Assembly (NCBI RefSeq): GCF_009914755.1
Contig: NC_060932.1
Source: the human T2T-CHM13v2.0 reference genome, Homo sapiens
Strand: one strand, 5' to 3'
DNA: 64,000 nucleotides
The translations under genes and the position numbers were made by a program. Position 1 is the first letter of the stretch. Each line of letters begins with the position of its first letter. Positions 46,510-61,816 of this stretch are shown here, piece after piece. Below the pieces are notes generated by a model, which was not told the origin of the DNA, made no database searches, and saw only the letters and a list, made by a program, of their open reading frames with translations.

Positions 46510-46856
46510 AAGTGAGTAAATAGTAACTATGTTGGCTCCTAGAGGATACTTGAGTAAAATATACATATAGGTAGCATATAATTTGTGAGAGGTTTTGGAA
46601 TAGTCAATGCCCAAGATCAGAGAAGGAGAGCTAACAACAGAGGTAAAGGTTAGAGTACAGGGAGCCATGAACCAAGAAATGTGGGCAGCTGGAGAAGCCA
46701 ATAAAATCAAAACAACAAATTCTTCCCCTTGATCCTCCAGAAGGAACATAGCTGAAGACCTGTTTTAGACATTTTACTATTAGATAATACATTTATGCTG
46801 TTTTAAGACATTGAGTTTGCAGTAATTTGTTATAACAGCAATAAGATACTAATCCA
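46510..46856 (+). mobile_element. MLT1 (B/C-like) LTR remnant
   Basis: GCCATGAACCAAGAAATGTGGGCAGCTGGAGAAGC...TGCTGTTTTAAGACA...TTGTTATAACAGCAATAAGATACTAAT. Confidence 0.6.
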
Positions 46857-47054
46857 TCAGCTGTTCAGTCATAACCTGAAATGAAAGTCATTGTACACTT
46901 CCTCATATTTCTCTCTGTATGCCTAGCACATAGAAATTGTGTGGTATAGGTTCTCAAAATTTCCTTTGCAAAATAAATGGAGTTTAAGCCTTTGATGATC
47001 AACTGAAAATTTTAAAGTAGATTATGAGTAGAGTAAAATATATTCTTAATAATT

Positions 47055-47838
47055 TTTTAAACTTTTATTTTAGGATCGGGGCACATGTGCATGTTTGTTA
47101 TATAGGTAAACCCATGTCACAGGGGTTAGATTTACAGATTACTTCATCACCCAGGTACTAAACCTAGTACCTAACAGTTATTTTTTTCTGCTCGTCTCCA
47201 CCCTCTCACTCTCTATTTGTGGTATTTGGTTTTCTGATGCTGTGTTAGTTTGCTAAGGATAATGGCCTCCAGCTCCATCCATATTGCTGCAAAGAACATG
47301 ATCTAGTTCCTTTTTATGTCTGCATAGCATTCCATGGTGTATATGTACCACATTTCCTTTATTCAAGTCTGCCATTGATGAGCATTTCAGTTGACTCCAT
47401 GTCTTTGCTATTGTGAGTAGTGCTGAGATGAACATACACATGCATACGTCTTTATGATAGAATGATGTATATTCCTTTGCATTTATACCCAGCAATGGGA
47501 TTGGTAGTTCCGTTTTTAGCTCTTTGAGGAATCACCATACTATTATTCCCACATGTTAGTTCCCACATATTAGTTCCCACATACCTATTAGTTCCCACAA
47601 TGGTTGAACTAATTTACACTCCCACCAACAGCGTAAATAAGCATTGTATTTTCTCTGCAACCTTGCCAGCATCTGTTAGTTTTTGACTTTTTAATAATAG
47701 CCATTCTGACTGGTGTGAGATGGTATCTCATTGTGGTTTTGATTTGCATTTCTCTAATAATTAGTGATACTGAGCTTTTTTCATATGCTTGTTGGTGGCA
47801 TGTAGTTCTTCTTTTAAAAAGTGGGCAAAGGACATAAA
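47055..47838 (-). mobile_element. Older L1PA 3' end with internal deletion and terminal micro-inversion
   Basis: CACATGTGCATGTTTGTTATATAGGTAAAC 3' terminus on the minus strand through ...TCATATGCTTGTTGG; the last ~22 bp (AAAAAGTGGGCAAAGGACAT) are in the opposite orientation. Confidence 0.85.
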
Positions 47839-50800
47839 ATTTTTGCTAAATACAGCAGGCAAAATCATTACATTAGAAGGAATTCTAATAAGAATAATTT
47901 ATTGATATAGTTTTAAAAGTAGAACTCAGATGTATATCCACCATAAAATTTCACTGATAGAGTGGTATTTAAGTATCTCAAAATGTCTTCTGAATTTGCT
48001 TCACTTTAAGAAATGTGTTGAACCAATTTGAATGTAATACAAAATTTTGTGCAGACTTTTGGACAGAAAGTAATGACCTAACCATATGCTTCAGTAATCT
48101 GAATGATGTGCCTTACAGACTCAGGAAAGGCATATGGATGATAGCACTTCATTCATCTCACTATGTAAAGTTAATGGATTCTGTATTCCATTTTACTAGA
48201 GTTTACAGGTTGTCTACATTAGTTTCTTCAGAAGAGTATATTATAAAGCTCCTTCTTGGTAACTTTGTCATCAAAATTAAAGACATTTAATTCAAAGTCT
48301 GGAACTTAAAATATCTTACCTATATATTAATTTATTTAATGTGAAAAGGCACAATGAGAGAATTTACCTGTTTATGAATGGTAAGTCAGGACACAAAATA
48401 TCTGTTGTTAGACATAATATTCAAAACGTCAGAGGATTATCTTAATCGGTGTGGAAGTAGAAGGAAAAGATGGATGTATATACATAAATAATCACTAATT
48501 AGAACTCTGATAAAAAGGCATAGTATTTGGTAGCAATAGATTACCTTCCAAAGTGACTGTAATGGGTAAAATCATCATATTCTGAATCAGTGCATAGTTA
48601 GTAGGCACAAAGAAAAAAAAGTATGTTAAATTTAAAAAAGAGACTGACTGCAAAACAGAACATGATTGACCATATGTTCACAAGTCTTATGTTTTCAAGC
48701 TAACTGTGAAAGAGAATTATTCCCCTTCCTCTTGTTAAAAGTTTTACACTCTCCAATTCACCTGATGCCAAAGATTCTCAACACCATCTTCCTGCTAGTC
48801 AAATTGAAGGTAATCATCTTCACCCTCTACATGAAATCTAATTACGTTTCTCTTGATCTCATTGGTTAGCTTCAATTCTTAACCGTCATTAATCTTCTGA
48901 TTTTTCATTTTCCTAATTTTATTGAACATCTTATGAATCAAGGAGGAATGGTGGTCAGTCACCTATTGCATAATGTGTAGCATGTATAAATGGACATGAA
49001 GTGATCAGCACCAATAACATAGCCAGGAAAACAGTGTACAGTATCAACCTCTGCTTCCCTTGGTAAAAGGGTCTGCAAGAGTAATATGACTGAACAATTC
49101 AACTTGGAGAAAAGTAAGGGTTGATATAAGGTTTATTAAGGTTTATACATATGCTGCCTGTATTTTGTAGAGATAGAATGGGGTTCCCAGTGAGATATTT
49201 TACAATTTTGCTAGATAGTGAGTATACTCCACAGCTGAGAACAAGTGACATTTAATACGTCACATTCTTGTTTCATATAATCCCTCGCTGTTTTTGCCAG
49301 CCAGCTCCCTGTGGTACTCCCTTATCCCTTTCTACCAGGCTTCCACCATGTAAGTAAATGACAAAGGCAAATAATTTCATGAAAAACTCTTTTTCATATA
49401 ACATTTTTTCTAGACAAATTAGCTGCTAAGACGCATAAGACAAATATACCCACCATTTAAAAGTAATAATTTATTGGGAAGACAGAATCTATACAACAAA
49501 TTATAACATAAGGGGAGGCATAAGCTAAGAGTACAAGAAGTACATAGACAAAACTGAAGATTTCTGAGGCTTTCAAGATCTAAGAAAAAAGTTTCTGGTA
49601 GCTAGGTTTATTAAAATTTTAAGAAAAACAGTTGTAGGTAAAGTTGCTTAATTCTGTTCAGATCAAACAATGGTAACTGCTTTAGTGTTTTTGAATGACA
49701 TTAAATAATTCCCTGAATTTCAGCAACTTTTATACCCCTTGAAATGCTCACATGTCAATTACTCTATTACAGTACTAGGATATGAGTTCTTTGAGGACCA
49801 CACTAGGTTTTTTTGACTTTCTATATAAAGAGCAAAGTACAGCATCTGTAATTTTACTATGTTATGAAACCATTCCCTTTATCAAAAGTTTAAATAATTG
49901 ATTTTTGTAATAGCAAAACATTTTTTTAAATTTCTTTATGAGAAATATTTGTTAAAAAAAAAAGAGGCAAGTTAGTGTAGTTATCTCAGTCTTCTCAAAC
50001 AGGAAATTCTAGTAGAGGAGTGTCATTGCAACTATACAGGACAAAGTATCTTCTTTTCTTTCAGACATAAGAAGTTGGAGACATTTATTGCAGAAATGTG
50101 TGATGAATCTTAATATTATGGGACCAAGAATCTTTAGGTAATATTCAAAAAACCTTACTTTATTGAAGACTGATAAGAATGAAGAGAAATCAAGATTTCA
50201 AGGAATCTTTAGAAATGTAGAATTATTCGTTTTTTATTTTTTGGTGACCCATTGTTCATTTCTTTCCTTGATTTGATCTCTAGCAATTAACCAGGAGAAA
50301 TTAACCAGTGTAATCAAAAGATGAGTAATTCTTAGCCATTTTTTGAGTACTATGAGGATGGCTTGTGTAGAATTCTCCTGTACTTTAAGGGTATTTTGTT
50401 TTTCAATATTTATTTGAAAGTTAGCTATTCATCTGTAGTATGACATAAATACTTTCCTTCAAGAATTCATTCAATAGCAAACACATTTTGAGTACCAATT
50501 TAAAAAAAGGAGATCACCGAGAAAAAATGGTGAGAAATATAAACTTTAAAATAATGTAGGTGAGTACACTATATGTTTGCATATCCTTATTAGATACTAA
50601 GATATATTTGCTATAATTAGAATTTTACATATAATCTGAAAATACTTACTAAAATGCTAAAAGCAAGATAAATATTTTAAAAATATTATTTCTTTGAACT
50701 AATGAGGCTTAAATATTAAACAAATGGATTTTCTGGAAAATTTCTATACACACAAATTCTAAGTAAATGTTATTGCCTAGTCAACAAATTTGTGTTTGTG

Positions 50801-51887
50801 TACGTGTGTATGTGAATTGATAATAGAAACAAGGGTTCCTAGCAAGACCTTTGTATCAAGAATTTTCCTACATATTTATTATCTGAAATATCATATATAT
50901 ATTCGTGTATATATATATTATATAGAGAAAAACTTAATACTTCTTTAAAATCTTTACTTGAAATAGTTTTGAAATTAAGTATGTCAGTAAAATATCTAGT
51001 TCCAGTGACATTAATTTCATGATGAAAATTATGAAAGCTTGGTTTGTTGTCTTGTTAAATTTTAGACTGATTTAATGTTATCACCCTAAAACAATCATAG
51101 AATTCTTTTTATCCTGAGAGTTCCCAGTGATACAAAGAAAATATTAAAACATGTTTTCAACGTGGAAATTTATTGAGAAATTATACGCTGTTGAAAGCCA
51201 TGTTAATAACGTCGACAGTAATATCAAAGCACAGTATGTTAATGCACTATTAAATTGATGATAAACTTAAGAGGAAATGGGCCTTTTATATATAAGAATA
51301 TATCCTTCTTAAATATTAATACATTGTAAAAAGTAATTTACAAATGTAAAATGTAAATTGATAATGTCCCAAAGCACCCTAATGTAATGTTTCATAAAAA
51401 AAGTGTATTTCTAAGTTTGAAAATTATTATTTTAATGTATAGTAGTGTAATATACAACAAACAAGAAATTATATTAGAGTGCAAAAAGGCAGAAAATAGA
51501 AAGTGAAGTTGGGGAGAATAATCAGATGAAAATAAATAAAGAATAACAAAACAGAAAAAGTAATAAATTGCTTTGGTATGTTTAATTTTCAATTTAGATT
51601 TGGGACTATTTTTTTTTTACTTTTGAGGGGGAATATGTGTAGGAAATTGTCTTGGAAGAAAATGTACTATGTTTTTTCTTGGCTAATTTAAACTGAAAAT
51701 AATGGTAGGATACAGTGAGAAAACTAACAAACACACGTTTAGAATACTTATTCAATTATAAAAAAATTATATGATCCTTACAGAATGAAATTAATTCTTC
51801 ATCAGAAGGAATGAGAACAATAATAAAATCTAGAAACTTAAGCATAACTATTTCAAACTGGCCAACTTTCTTTCAAAAATCTAATTA

Positions 51888-52328
<441 letters not shown>

Positions 52329-52592
52329 TCAGGGTACAATCAACACACAAGAAAAAATTAGAAAAACAAAACTGCAATAAGAACATTGAAGCTGGAAGGA
52401 AAGCACATCACTAACAACTGGCAAATGTTAGATTTCGTTGTCTTGGTACTCTGTTTTGGTGTTGTGAGTAGAAAAGTCTATGAATTATTTTAATAATCTA
52501 ACCAACTATTAACTACTAATGCCTAACTTCTCAGATGAGATATTTGCCTTTGGAACTTCTTGTCACCTCTTTACAGTATGGCTTGTTTGAGT

Positions 52593-53028
52593 TGTGGAAG
52601 CCAAAGAAACTCCATCTTGGATGTTAATCTGCCATGTTGGCTTCTGATTAACTCTAGTTCCAGGAAGGCCTCTTAGACTTCCCATTTGTCTATTGTTCCT
52701 TGTGTAAGGGCAGGTACTTAGTGCACTTGGGTTCAATTAATCCTGCACTTAGGTCAAACAATCTTGATGTTATCATACTTCAATTGTCCTACACATTCTT
52801 TCTGAGCCAGCCCTTCCTTACGCTACCTAAACCCAGGGCCAGGGCATAACGGGGCCGAGATCCACCATCTTGTCTTGCCACCACCCAAGACACAGCCAGG
52901 CCTTCTGTTCTTAAGTCCCTATTAGATGTTTTTTCCTGAGAAACTGGATTTGTCGGCCCCTTTGGCCTCTTTCTCGGCTTCTTTGGACTTAAAGGTAGGT
53001 TTGCGTAGACCTGCCCACCATGAAGCAG
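52593..53028 (+). mobile_element. Solo LTR, LTR47-like
   Basis: GCCAAAGAAACTCCATCTTGGATGTTAATCTGCCATGTTGGCTTCTGATTAAC start matches my recollection of LTR47; family tentative. Confidence 0.55.
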
Positions 53029-55874
53029 AGTCAAAATAGGAATGTCAATATCTACCTAATCCAGCTTTCTATGTCTAACAAATATTGAAAGCTCCATAAT
53101 AAATTGCCTTTCCTTAATCTTTCTGTGCCAGCTGAAGTAGTTTATGCTACCTCTTTTCGTCTCAAATACATATTTTACATTTCATAGAGGCATGTCTGTT
53201 TCCTAACTAGGATGTTCTGGCTCTGGATGGACAAACATTAAATACTTTAAATAATATGTTTTCTGCCTAGCCCTGTATTTCTATATTCATATAGGAGGAT
53301 GTTTGGTTCACTTTGTCTCAACATCTGGTAATATTTTCTTACATCATGTTTTGTACTTTTATTTTTACACCAGGAATGCATTATGTGCACATAATTTACA
53401 CACGTGAGCCTAAAATTCATCAGATGCTTGTAAACATTTCTCAGTGGTGTTATGAGATAACGACATTGACAAATCTACCATTATAGTGGCAGTTTCCAGA
53501 AAAATTCAAGTTAGCCACAGGAATCTGTCAAGTAAGATTTCTATTACTTCTTCCAGGTTGTTGTTCCTGTTTTATTTGCTATGCTATTCTACATAAAGAT
53601 AGTTTGGTCAAATTTTTATAAACTTTCTTAAGTTTAACATTTTTAATATATTGAATGAATGGAAATAAATATATATTTGATTTCTTGAAAATATGGAAAC
53701 CTTCTATCAATTAGGATAACCAGAAGCTGAGAACAGTCAGATCCATGAATATGATTGAAATGTGTAAATAAGAAATCATATACTTAAAAGTACTCAAGGA
53801 TTTTAGTGTTATTTCACATATATTTAATAAAAGTGACGCCTTATTCAAATATTCTTTGATTAGTACTGAAAACTAACTGAAGTTTTGTTCATATGACTTA
53901 TATCACCAAAATTAGCATGTTAACCTCAGAAAGAAATGAGATGTTATGTTTGGTTTGGTGTATACAATTCGCATTCACTAAAATGAGATGTTGTTAGTAG
54001 ATAATACAAAATCATTGTTTGCCAGAGGGCTAAGTTTATTTCTTCCAAAACAAGGCACACCCCACCTTCAGAATTTGCTTAAGAGCCCTTTCTGTAATAA
54101 TCCTTCCTGGCTCCTGGTATTCCAATTCTGACTCCAAAATTCTCTTATTTTAGCTTCCTTTTGGCTGAATATACTGATACTTTTATTATCTATTCAAAAG
54201 TTCCTGGTTTTGTGTTAGTCTACATTTTAAAAAAGCTACTTTGCTCTGTCTCACTCATAAATTGGCATGCTCCTGGAAGAATATTTCTCTGCCCACAGAT
54301 GAGGGTACTGATATTAAGGAAGTTGAGTGGTGGTCCCAGATGCTATCAGAGTCTGAGGATCAAGAGGCCAGTAAACAAGCATATTGTAAAAATGTCTATA
54401 TAAAGAACACTTTTAATCTTCGATTCATATATTTTATTGGTACATACTAAGGTTATCTCTTCCCCATCTTCTGGCAGGAAATCGCTGGCTCAAAGGTAGT
54501 AGGTGTGAGGTGTGGGAATGAAAAGAAGCTAGTCCTAAGACAGGAAAACTGAAAGTTAAGTAAAAGGCTCTTTTCTCAACTGTGAAACTGCAGGTACTCA
54601 CTGCTGAGCTCCAGATATAAACATCCGGTCTGCTAATCTACAGGCAACAGGCAGGATGATCCTCCATGAAGTAAATGAGAATCCCAGAATTAAAGCCTAA
54701 GCATTCTGATATGGGAGGTTCTCTAGTGAAAAATCTTAAAGCTACCTGTTCATCCTATACAAGCTTACCAGGGGCAAGCTCCATCCATGCACAGATTGCT
54801 TTCCACTGCCTCACCTGTGAACATGAGTGAACGAAGATTTCCATATTCATAAGGGAAGCTTGCAACGCAAGGTGTAGAAACCCTAACATTTTTACAAAAG
54901 GAATGTTAAATGATAGAGATAGACATGCACTATTTCACTAACAGGTTTCAAAAAGAGCAAACAAAAAATTTTCATAGGGAAGGATATTACCTTATTAACT
55001 TTTTTTTCCTAAAGTGAAAGGTTATAAGGTTTTGAGGAGAAACAGTATAGCAGAAATAAACAATTTTCATTTTGTTAAATTTTAGAACATGAAGATGAAA
55101 TAATATTTTAAAATTTTCTAAAGCAGAAAAAATTTACTGAAATTTGAGAATTAAAAGAACATCTGAGATCACAGTAACAGCACTGGAAGACAAGAAATAG
55201 GAAAAAAATGCCTTGTAAGATAAAATAGCTTACTTTTAAGGTAAAATAGCTCCTGAACTAGACTTCTAATCCAGGAAACTGGCATTCAAGTATAAGGGTA
55301 GAAGAGATATATTCTAGACATGAAAAGTTCAAAAAATAAATGTAGCTCTCATTACTCCTCTCTCAGAAAACTTCTGGGTATGTATTTCAACAAAACAAAT
55401 AAATAAATGAAGAAAAGTTTAATCAGATATTGGAAAAAGACGATACTCAACACCTGAAAGAAGTGAAGGTAATTCCAAGGATGACAACTAGATAACAAAT
55501 CTACAGAGCAATCTGAGAGGGCTCCAAAATTCCAGGAAAGCCTGGGGAAAAAAGAAATGTCAACAAATAGGTTATTTGACGAATATGGTCTTATGAAGAA
55601 GTATACTACCCAAGCATTTTACAGTATGTATAAATTGTGAGATGGCTATGTCAAAGATTCCAAAAAAGCATGTTTTTAAAAAACTAGTCAATTATTGCCC
55701 CAGGGAAAAACAAAATATATTTAAAAAATAGAGTGGACCAATGGTATGTAACCTAGAGTATCAGTTGGTAATATCTTATAATAAAAGCCAGAAAAAAGTC
55801 AAAACACTGACTTTACCAAAAATAGAAGAGAACTATGTATCCAAAATGTATGGCAAAGTATGCATCCAAAATGG

Positions 55875-56768
55875 TTAAATATCCAGAATCTATAAGGAAC
55901 TTAGGCAATTCAACAATTAAAAAAAAACCCAAAACATTAAGAAGTAGGCAAAAGACACGAACATTTTTTTAAAGACATACAGGCAGCCAAGAAACATATA
56001 AAAGATGTTCACTATCCCTAATCATTAGAAAGATGCAAATCAAAATCACAATGGGATACCATCTCACACCAGTCATAATGGCTATTAGTAAAAAGTCAAA
56101 AAATAATAGATGGTGGTGAAGCTGCGGAGAAAAGGGGACACTTATACACTGTTAATGGAAATGTGAATCAGTTCAGCCACTGTGGAAAGCAGTTTGGAGA
56201 TTTCTCAAAGAACTTAAAATAGAAAAACCATTTGACCCAGCAATCTCACTACTGGGTATATATCCAAAGGAAAATAAATCATTTTACAAAAAAGACACAC
56301 GCACTCCTGTGTTCATTGCAGCACTATTCACAGTAGAAGACATGGAATCAACCTAGATGATCATCAACAGTGAACTACATAAAGAAAATGTAGTACATGT
56401 ACACCATGGAATACTATACAGCCATAAAATAGAATCATATCATATCCTTTGCAGCAACATAGATGCAACTGGAGGCCATTATCCTAAGCAAACTAACACA
56501 AGAACAGAAAACCAACTACTACATGTTCTCACTTATAAGTGGGAGCTAAACATGGAGGGAAACATTAGAGACTGGGGCCTAGTTGAGGGTGAAGGGTGAG
56601 AGGAAAGTGAGGGTCAAAAAGTTACCTATCAGGTCCTATGCTCACTACCTGGGTGAAATTCTCTTTATTTGTTTACTAAACTCCTGCAACATGCAATTTA
56701 CTCATGTAACAAACCTGCCCGTGGACCCTGTAAATCTTGAAATAAAAGTTGGAAAGAAAACAAAAAAC
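55875..56768 (+). mobile_element. L1PB/late L1PA 3' end
   Basis: TATCCAGAATCTATAAGGAAC...CCATTTGACCCAGCAATC...CTCACTTATAAGTGGGAGCTAA...CATGTAACAAACCTG...AAATAAAAGTTGGAAAG tail. Confidence 0.85.
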
Positions 56769-57010
56769 ACAGTGTTATTTATTCAAATTTGTAGTATAGC
56801 AATTTGGGGAATAGGGGCTGAGTGTAGTGGTGGTTGGATAGTGCTGAGATGATATCTAAAATACTGAGACAAGAGATAGAAAAATGCTAATATTAGAAAT
56901 ATGAAATAAAACACACTGGATATCTCTAGAAGACATTCAAGTAGTTTGCTCCGAACAGAAAAAAATTGGTAAAACTATGTGGTGTACTGCTGACCAGGAA
57001 TTGTTGGGTT

Positions 57011-57671
<661 letters not shown>

Positions 57672-59032
57672 GGTTTATATTTTTACAAGCTGTTAACACA
57701 TTTTTCACACTATGTATGTATAGTAAATAGGTAAAATAATATTTTAAGTTAACAGCAAAATACTGACCAATTATTTTTAAAATAATCTTTTAAATTTAAG
57801 TTAACCAAAACAGCCTATAGTAACAGCTCACAGAAATATCATATTTGCTCTCCTCTTCCTTCCTACTAAAATACAAATAAAATCAGAGAAAAATCAGCAA
57901 TGCACTGACAAAAGCCTTGGAAATCAAGGGTCCATAATTCATTAATATTTGAAATGAATAACTTACACATGAGAGGAACCAAATTTAAGTATCTCTAGTG
58001 GTACACACACACATAGATCATAGAAACACAAGAGGGAAAGAAAATCACTTAAGATGTTCAAAAATAACCCCAATGTTAGAGTCAGTGTCTATGTGTGCAA
58101 ACCAAGCTTTTCTTTACACTTATCAGTACACAAGGTAAATATCCAGTATTATGTACAGGATTGTATAAGGAATGTCAAGGGCAGTAGAGATAAAAAGAAA
58201 TCTTGAAAGAGTACATACACTACAAGGATTACTGGGGATTAAGTTTTTAAATAAATGTTTCAGGGCAAAAGGAAAGTTCTGAATATTCCCAAAGTACTTA
58301 GAAGTTTACCTTTCATACACAGAAAATTAACAGTGGATTCTCTATTTCAGTTTATCAGAGCCATAGAAAATTATCACTTAGAATTTTGACTAAGGTGTGC
58401 ACATATTCTTGTATTTCATCTTAATATCTGAAAGCATATGTTGAAAATAGCTGTAGGTAAAGCATGAGTTATTTGAGGGGGGTGTGCAAAGAAGATGAAT
58501 AAAAATAATAGGAAAGGCACAAATTCGGACTCTATTAGACTCTATTCATTTTAGATAGGAATACTGACAGGAATAAGCAACAATGACAAACATATACAAG
58601 CTTGTACATATGAAAAGATTTTGAAGTGTATGAGAACGATTACTCCTAGGATGCATAGAAAATGAATTTCAGCAAAAAAATACACCACAGTAGAACTTTA
58701 CAGTGGATCTATTTATGTTGTCATTCATTCATACAACAAATCTTGCGAGTATGTATTGTGTTTTTGGCATGATTCCCAGAGAGGAAACTATAGTAGTGAC
58801 CAAAATAGACAAAAGTATCCATGCCTTCATGGAACACGCTTTCAAGTGTTTTAGATGGACAATAATCAAGATATATAAGAAAAGTGTATAGTACATTAAA
58901 CAGTGATAAATGCTAAGGAGATTATAGAAACAGAATAGAAAAACATGAAATGCCATACCTTGGCAGTTTGGGGATTTTAGGTCGGGTTACCAGGAAAGAC
59001 TCCACTGAGCTGCTGACTTCTAGGTAGATGCC

Positions 59033-60328
59033 CTGTCCGGAATTGGTGGGTTCTTGGTCTCACTGACTAAAAGAATGAAGCCGCAGACTCTCGCAGTGAG
59101 TGTTACAGTTCCTAAAAGCAGGATGTCCAGAGTTTGTTCCTTCTGATGTTCCAATGTGTTCGCAGTTTCTTCCTTCTGGTGGGTTCGTGGTCTCGCTGGC
59201 TCATAAGTGTTACAGCTCATAAACTCAGTGTGGACCCAAAGAGTGAGCAACAGCAAGATTTATCACAAAGAACAAAAGAACAAACCTTCCACATTGAAGA
59301 AGAGGATGGCAGAGGGTTGCTAGTGCTGGCTCAGGCAGCCTGCTTTTATTCTCTTATCTGGCCCCACCCACATCCTGCTAATTGGTCCATTTTACAGAAA
59401 GGCGATTGGTCTGTTTTACAGAGAGCTGATTGGTCCGTTTTGACAGGGTGCTGATTGGTGTGTTTACAATCCCTGAGCTAGACACAAAAGTACACCACTT
59501 CCCCACTAGATTAGCTAGATACAGAGTGTGGACACAAAGGTTCTCCAAGTCCCCACCAGAATAGCTAGATACAGAGTGTCAATTGGTGCATTCACAAACT
59601 CTGAGCTAGACACAGGGTGCTGATTGGTGTGTTTACAAACCTTGAGCTAGATACAGAGTGCGGATTGGTGTATTTACAATCCCTTAGCTAGACATAAAGG
59701 TTCTCCAAGTCCCCACCAGACTCAGGAGCCCAGTTGGCTTCACCCAGTGGATCCCATACTGGGGCCACAGGTGGAGCTGCCTGCCAGTCCTGCGCTGTGC
59801 GCCGGCACTACTCAGCCCTTGGGTGGTCAATGGGACTGGGTGCCGTGGAGCAGGGGGTGGTGCTTGTTGGGGAGGCTCAGGCCGCGTGGGAGCCCACGGC
59901 AGCGGGGGGAGACACAGGCATAGCATGCTGCAGGTCCCAAGCCCTGCCCCGCCGGGAGGCAGGTAAGGCCCGGCGAGATGTTGAGCACAGCAGCTGCTGG
60001 CCCAGGTGCTAAGCCCCTCACTGCCTGGGGCTGGCGGTCGGCGGGCAGGCCTCTCCAAGTGCCGGGCCGCCGATCCCAAGCCCACCCGGAACTCGTGCTG
60101 GCCTGCAAGCACCACGCGCAGCCCTAGTTCCCACTGGCGCCTCTCCCTCCACACCTCCCTGCAAGCTGAGGGAGCCGGCTTCGGCCTTGGCCAGCCTGGA
60201 AAGGGACTCCCACAGCGCAGTGGCGGGCTGAAGGGCTCCTCAAGCGCAGCCAGAGTGGGTGCCAAGGCCAAGGAGGCGCCGAGAGCGAGCGAGGGCTGTG
60301 AGGGCTGCCAGCACGCTGTCACCTCTCA
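59033..60328 (-). mobile_element. LTR12 (ERV9) solo LTR, LTR12D/E-like, inserted in an L2
   Basis: Reverse complement starts TGAGAGGTGACAGCGTGCTGGCAG and ends ACCAATTCCGGACA; tandem GAGCTAGA...ATTGG subunits; TSD ATGC(C) at 59028 and 60329; L2-like sequence on both sides. Confidence 0.93.
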
Positions 60329-61191
60329 ATGCCACTCTTGTAGATGTCTAAAAGTGAAACTTTCCAGGTTGAGAAAATAGTAAGTGCAAAGGTCTTGCGG
60401 AAGGAAGTGGTGACTGGCCTGTTTCAGGCACAGCAAGGAGACCAGGGTGATGGGGCAGGTGCAGAGGGAGAGGGCAGCAGATGAAGGGAATCACAGAGGT
60501 GGCTGGGAGGCAGATCACACAAAGCTTTGCGAGTCATGAAAAATACTTGGTCTTTATTTTCCATAAGGTAATAACCTTTAGGAGGGCTTACTGAGATTTC
60601 TATTTTAATGGGATTATTCTATCATCTGTGTTGAGACTAGACTTTACTGAGGCAAAGTAAGTAACAAGGAAGCAAATTTTGATACTGTTGTGATATATTC
60701 CAGATGAAAGAACTCTGGGCCAAAGTCCTGGTAGTGGAGTGGTGAAACGTCGGGATATATTTTGAAGATTGAGGCAAAAATAAAATTGTTGATGGAATGA
60801 ATATGAGGTAATGGATAAACTAAAAAAAAAATCAAAGAGTGTGCCCTGGACAACTAGAAGACTGGAACTGCCGTTTACTGACTAGTAAAGGATTTTGACA
60901 GGAGCTGGTTCAGAGGAATATCAGTATCAGTATCTAAGATTTAGGTGCTTTAATTTCAAGATGCCAGTTAGATGAAGATCCAAGAAGACCTGTCAATAGA
61001 CATTAAATATATAAATCTGGAACTTGGGGAAGGGATCTAGTGCTGGCTGTTGAGTGAATGAAAATAGTAAAATGTATGAGTGCTGTAAGTAAAATATATG
61101 AGTTATGTGAACTATATAATAATATATATATAGAGAAAAATTCCTGACTAATATATACACCAAAATAGTGAGAGTTACAAGAAGTTAATAA

Positions 61192-61484
<293 letters not shown>

Positions 61485-61489
61485 CAACC

Positions 61490-61789
<300 letters not shown>

Positions 61790-61816
61790 TGATATTTTTA
61801 AGTGGTTAACAATTTC

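Noticed and set aside
59380-59700. Regularly spaced ~40-bp repeats superficially like a CRISPR array
   Set aside because: These are the known tandem enhancer subunits of LTR12 in eukaryotic DNA; no unique spacers or cas genes.
59684-60380. GC-rich ORFs of 92-212 aa on both strands
   Set aside because: They lie within the GC-rich LTR12 U3, where long stop-free frames arise by chance; no recognisable domain.
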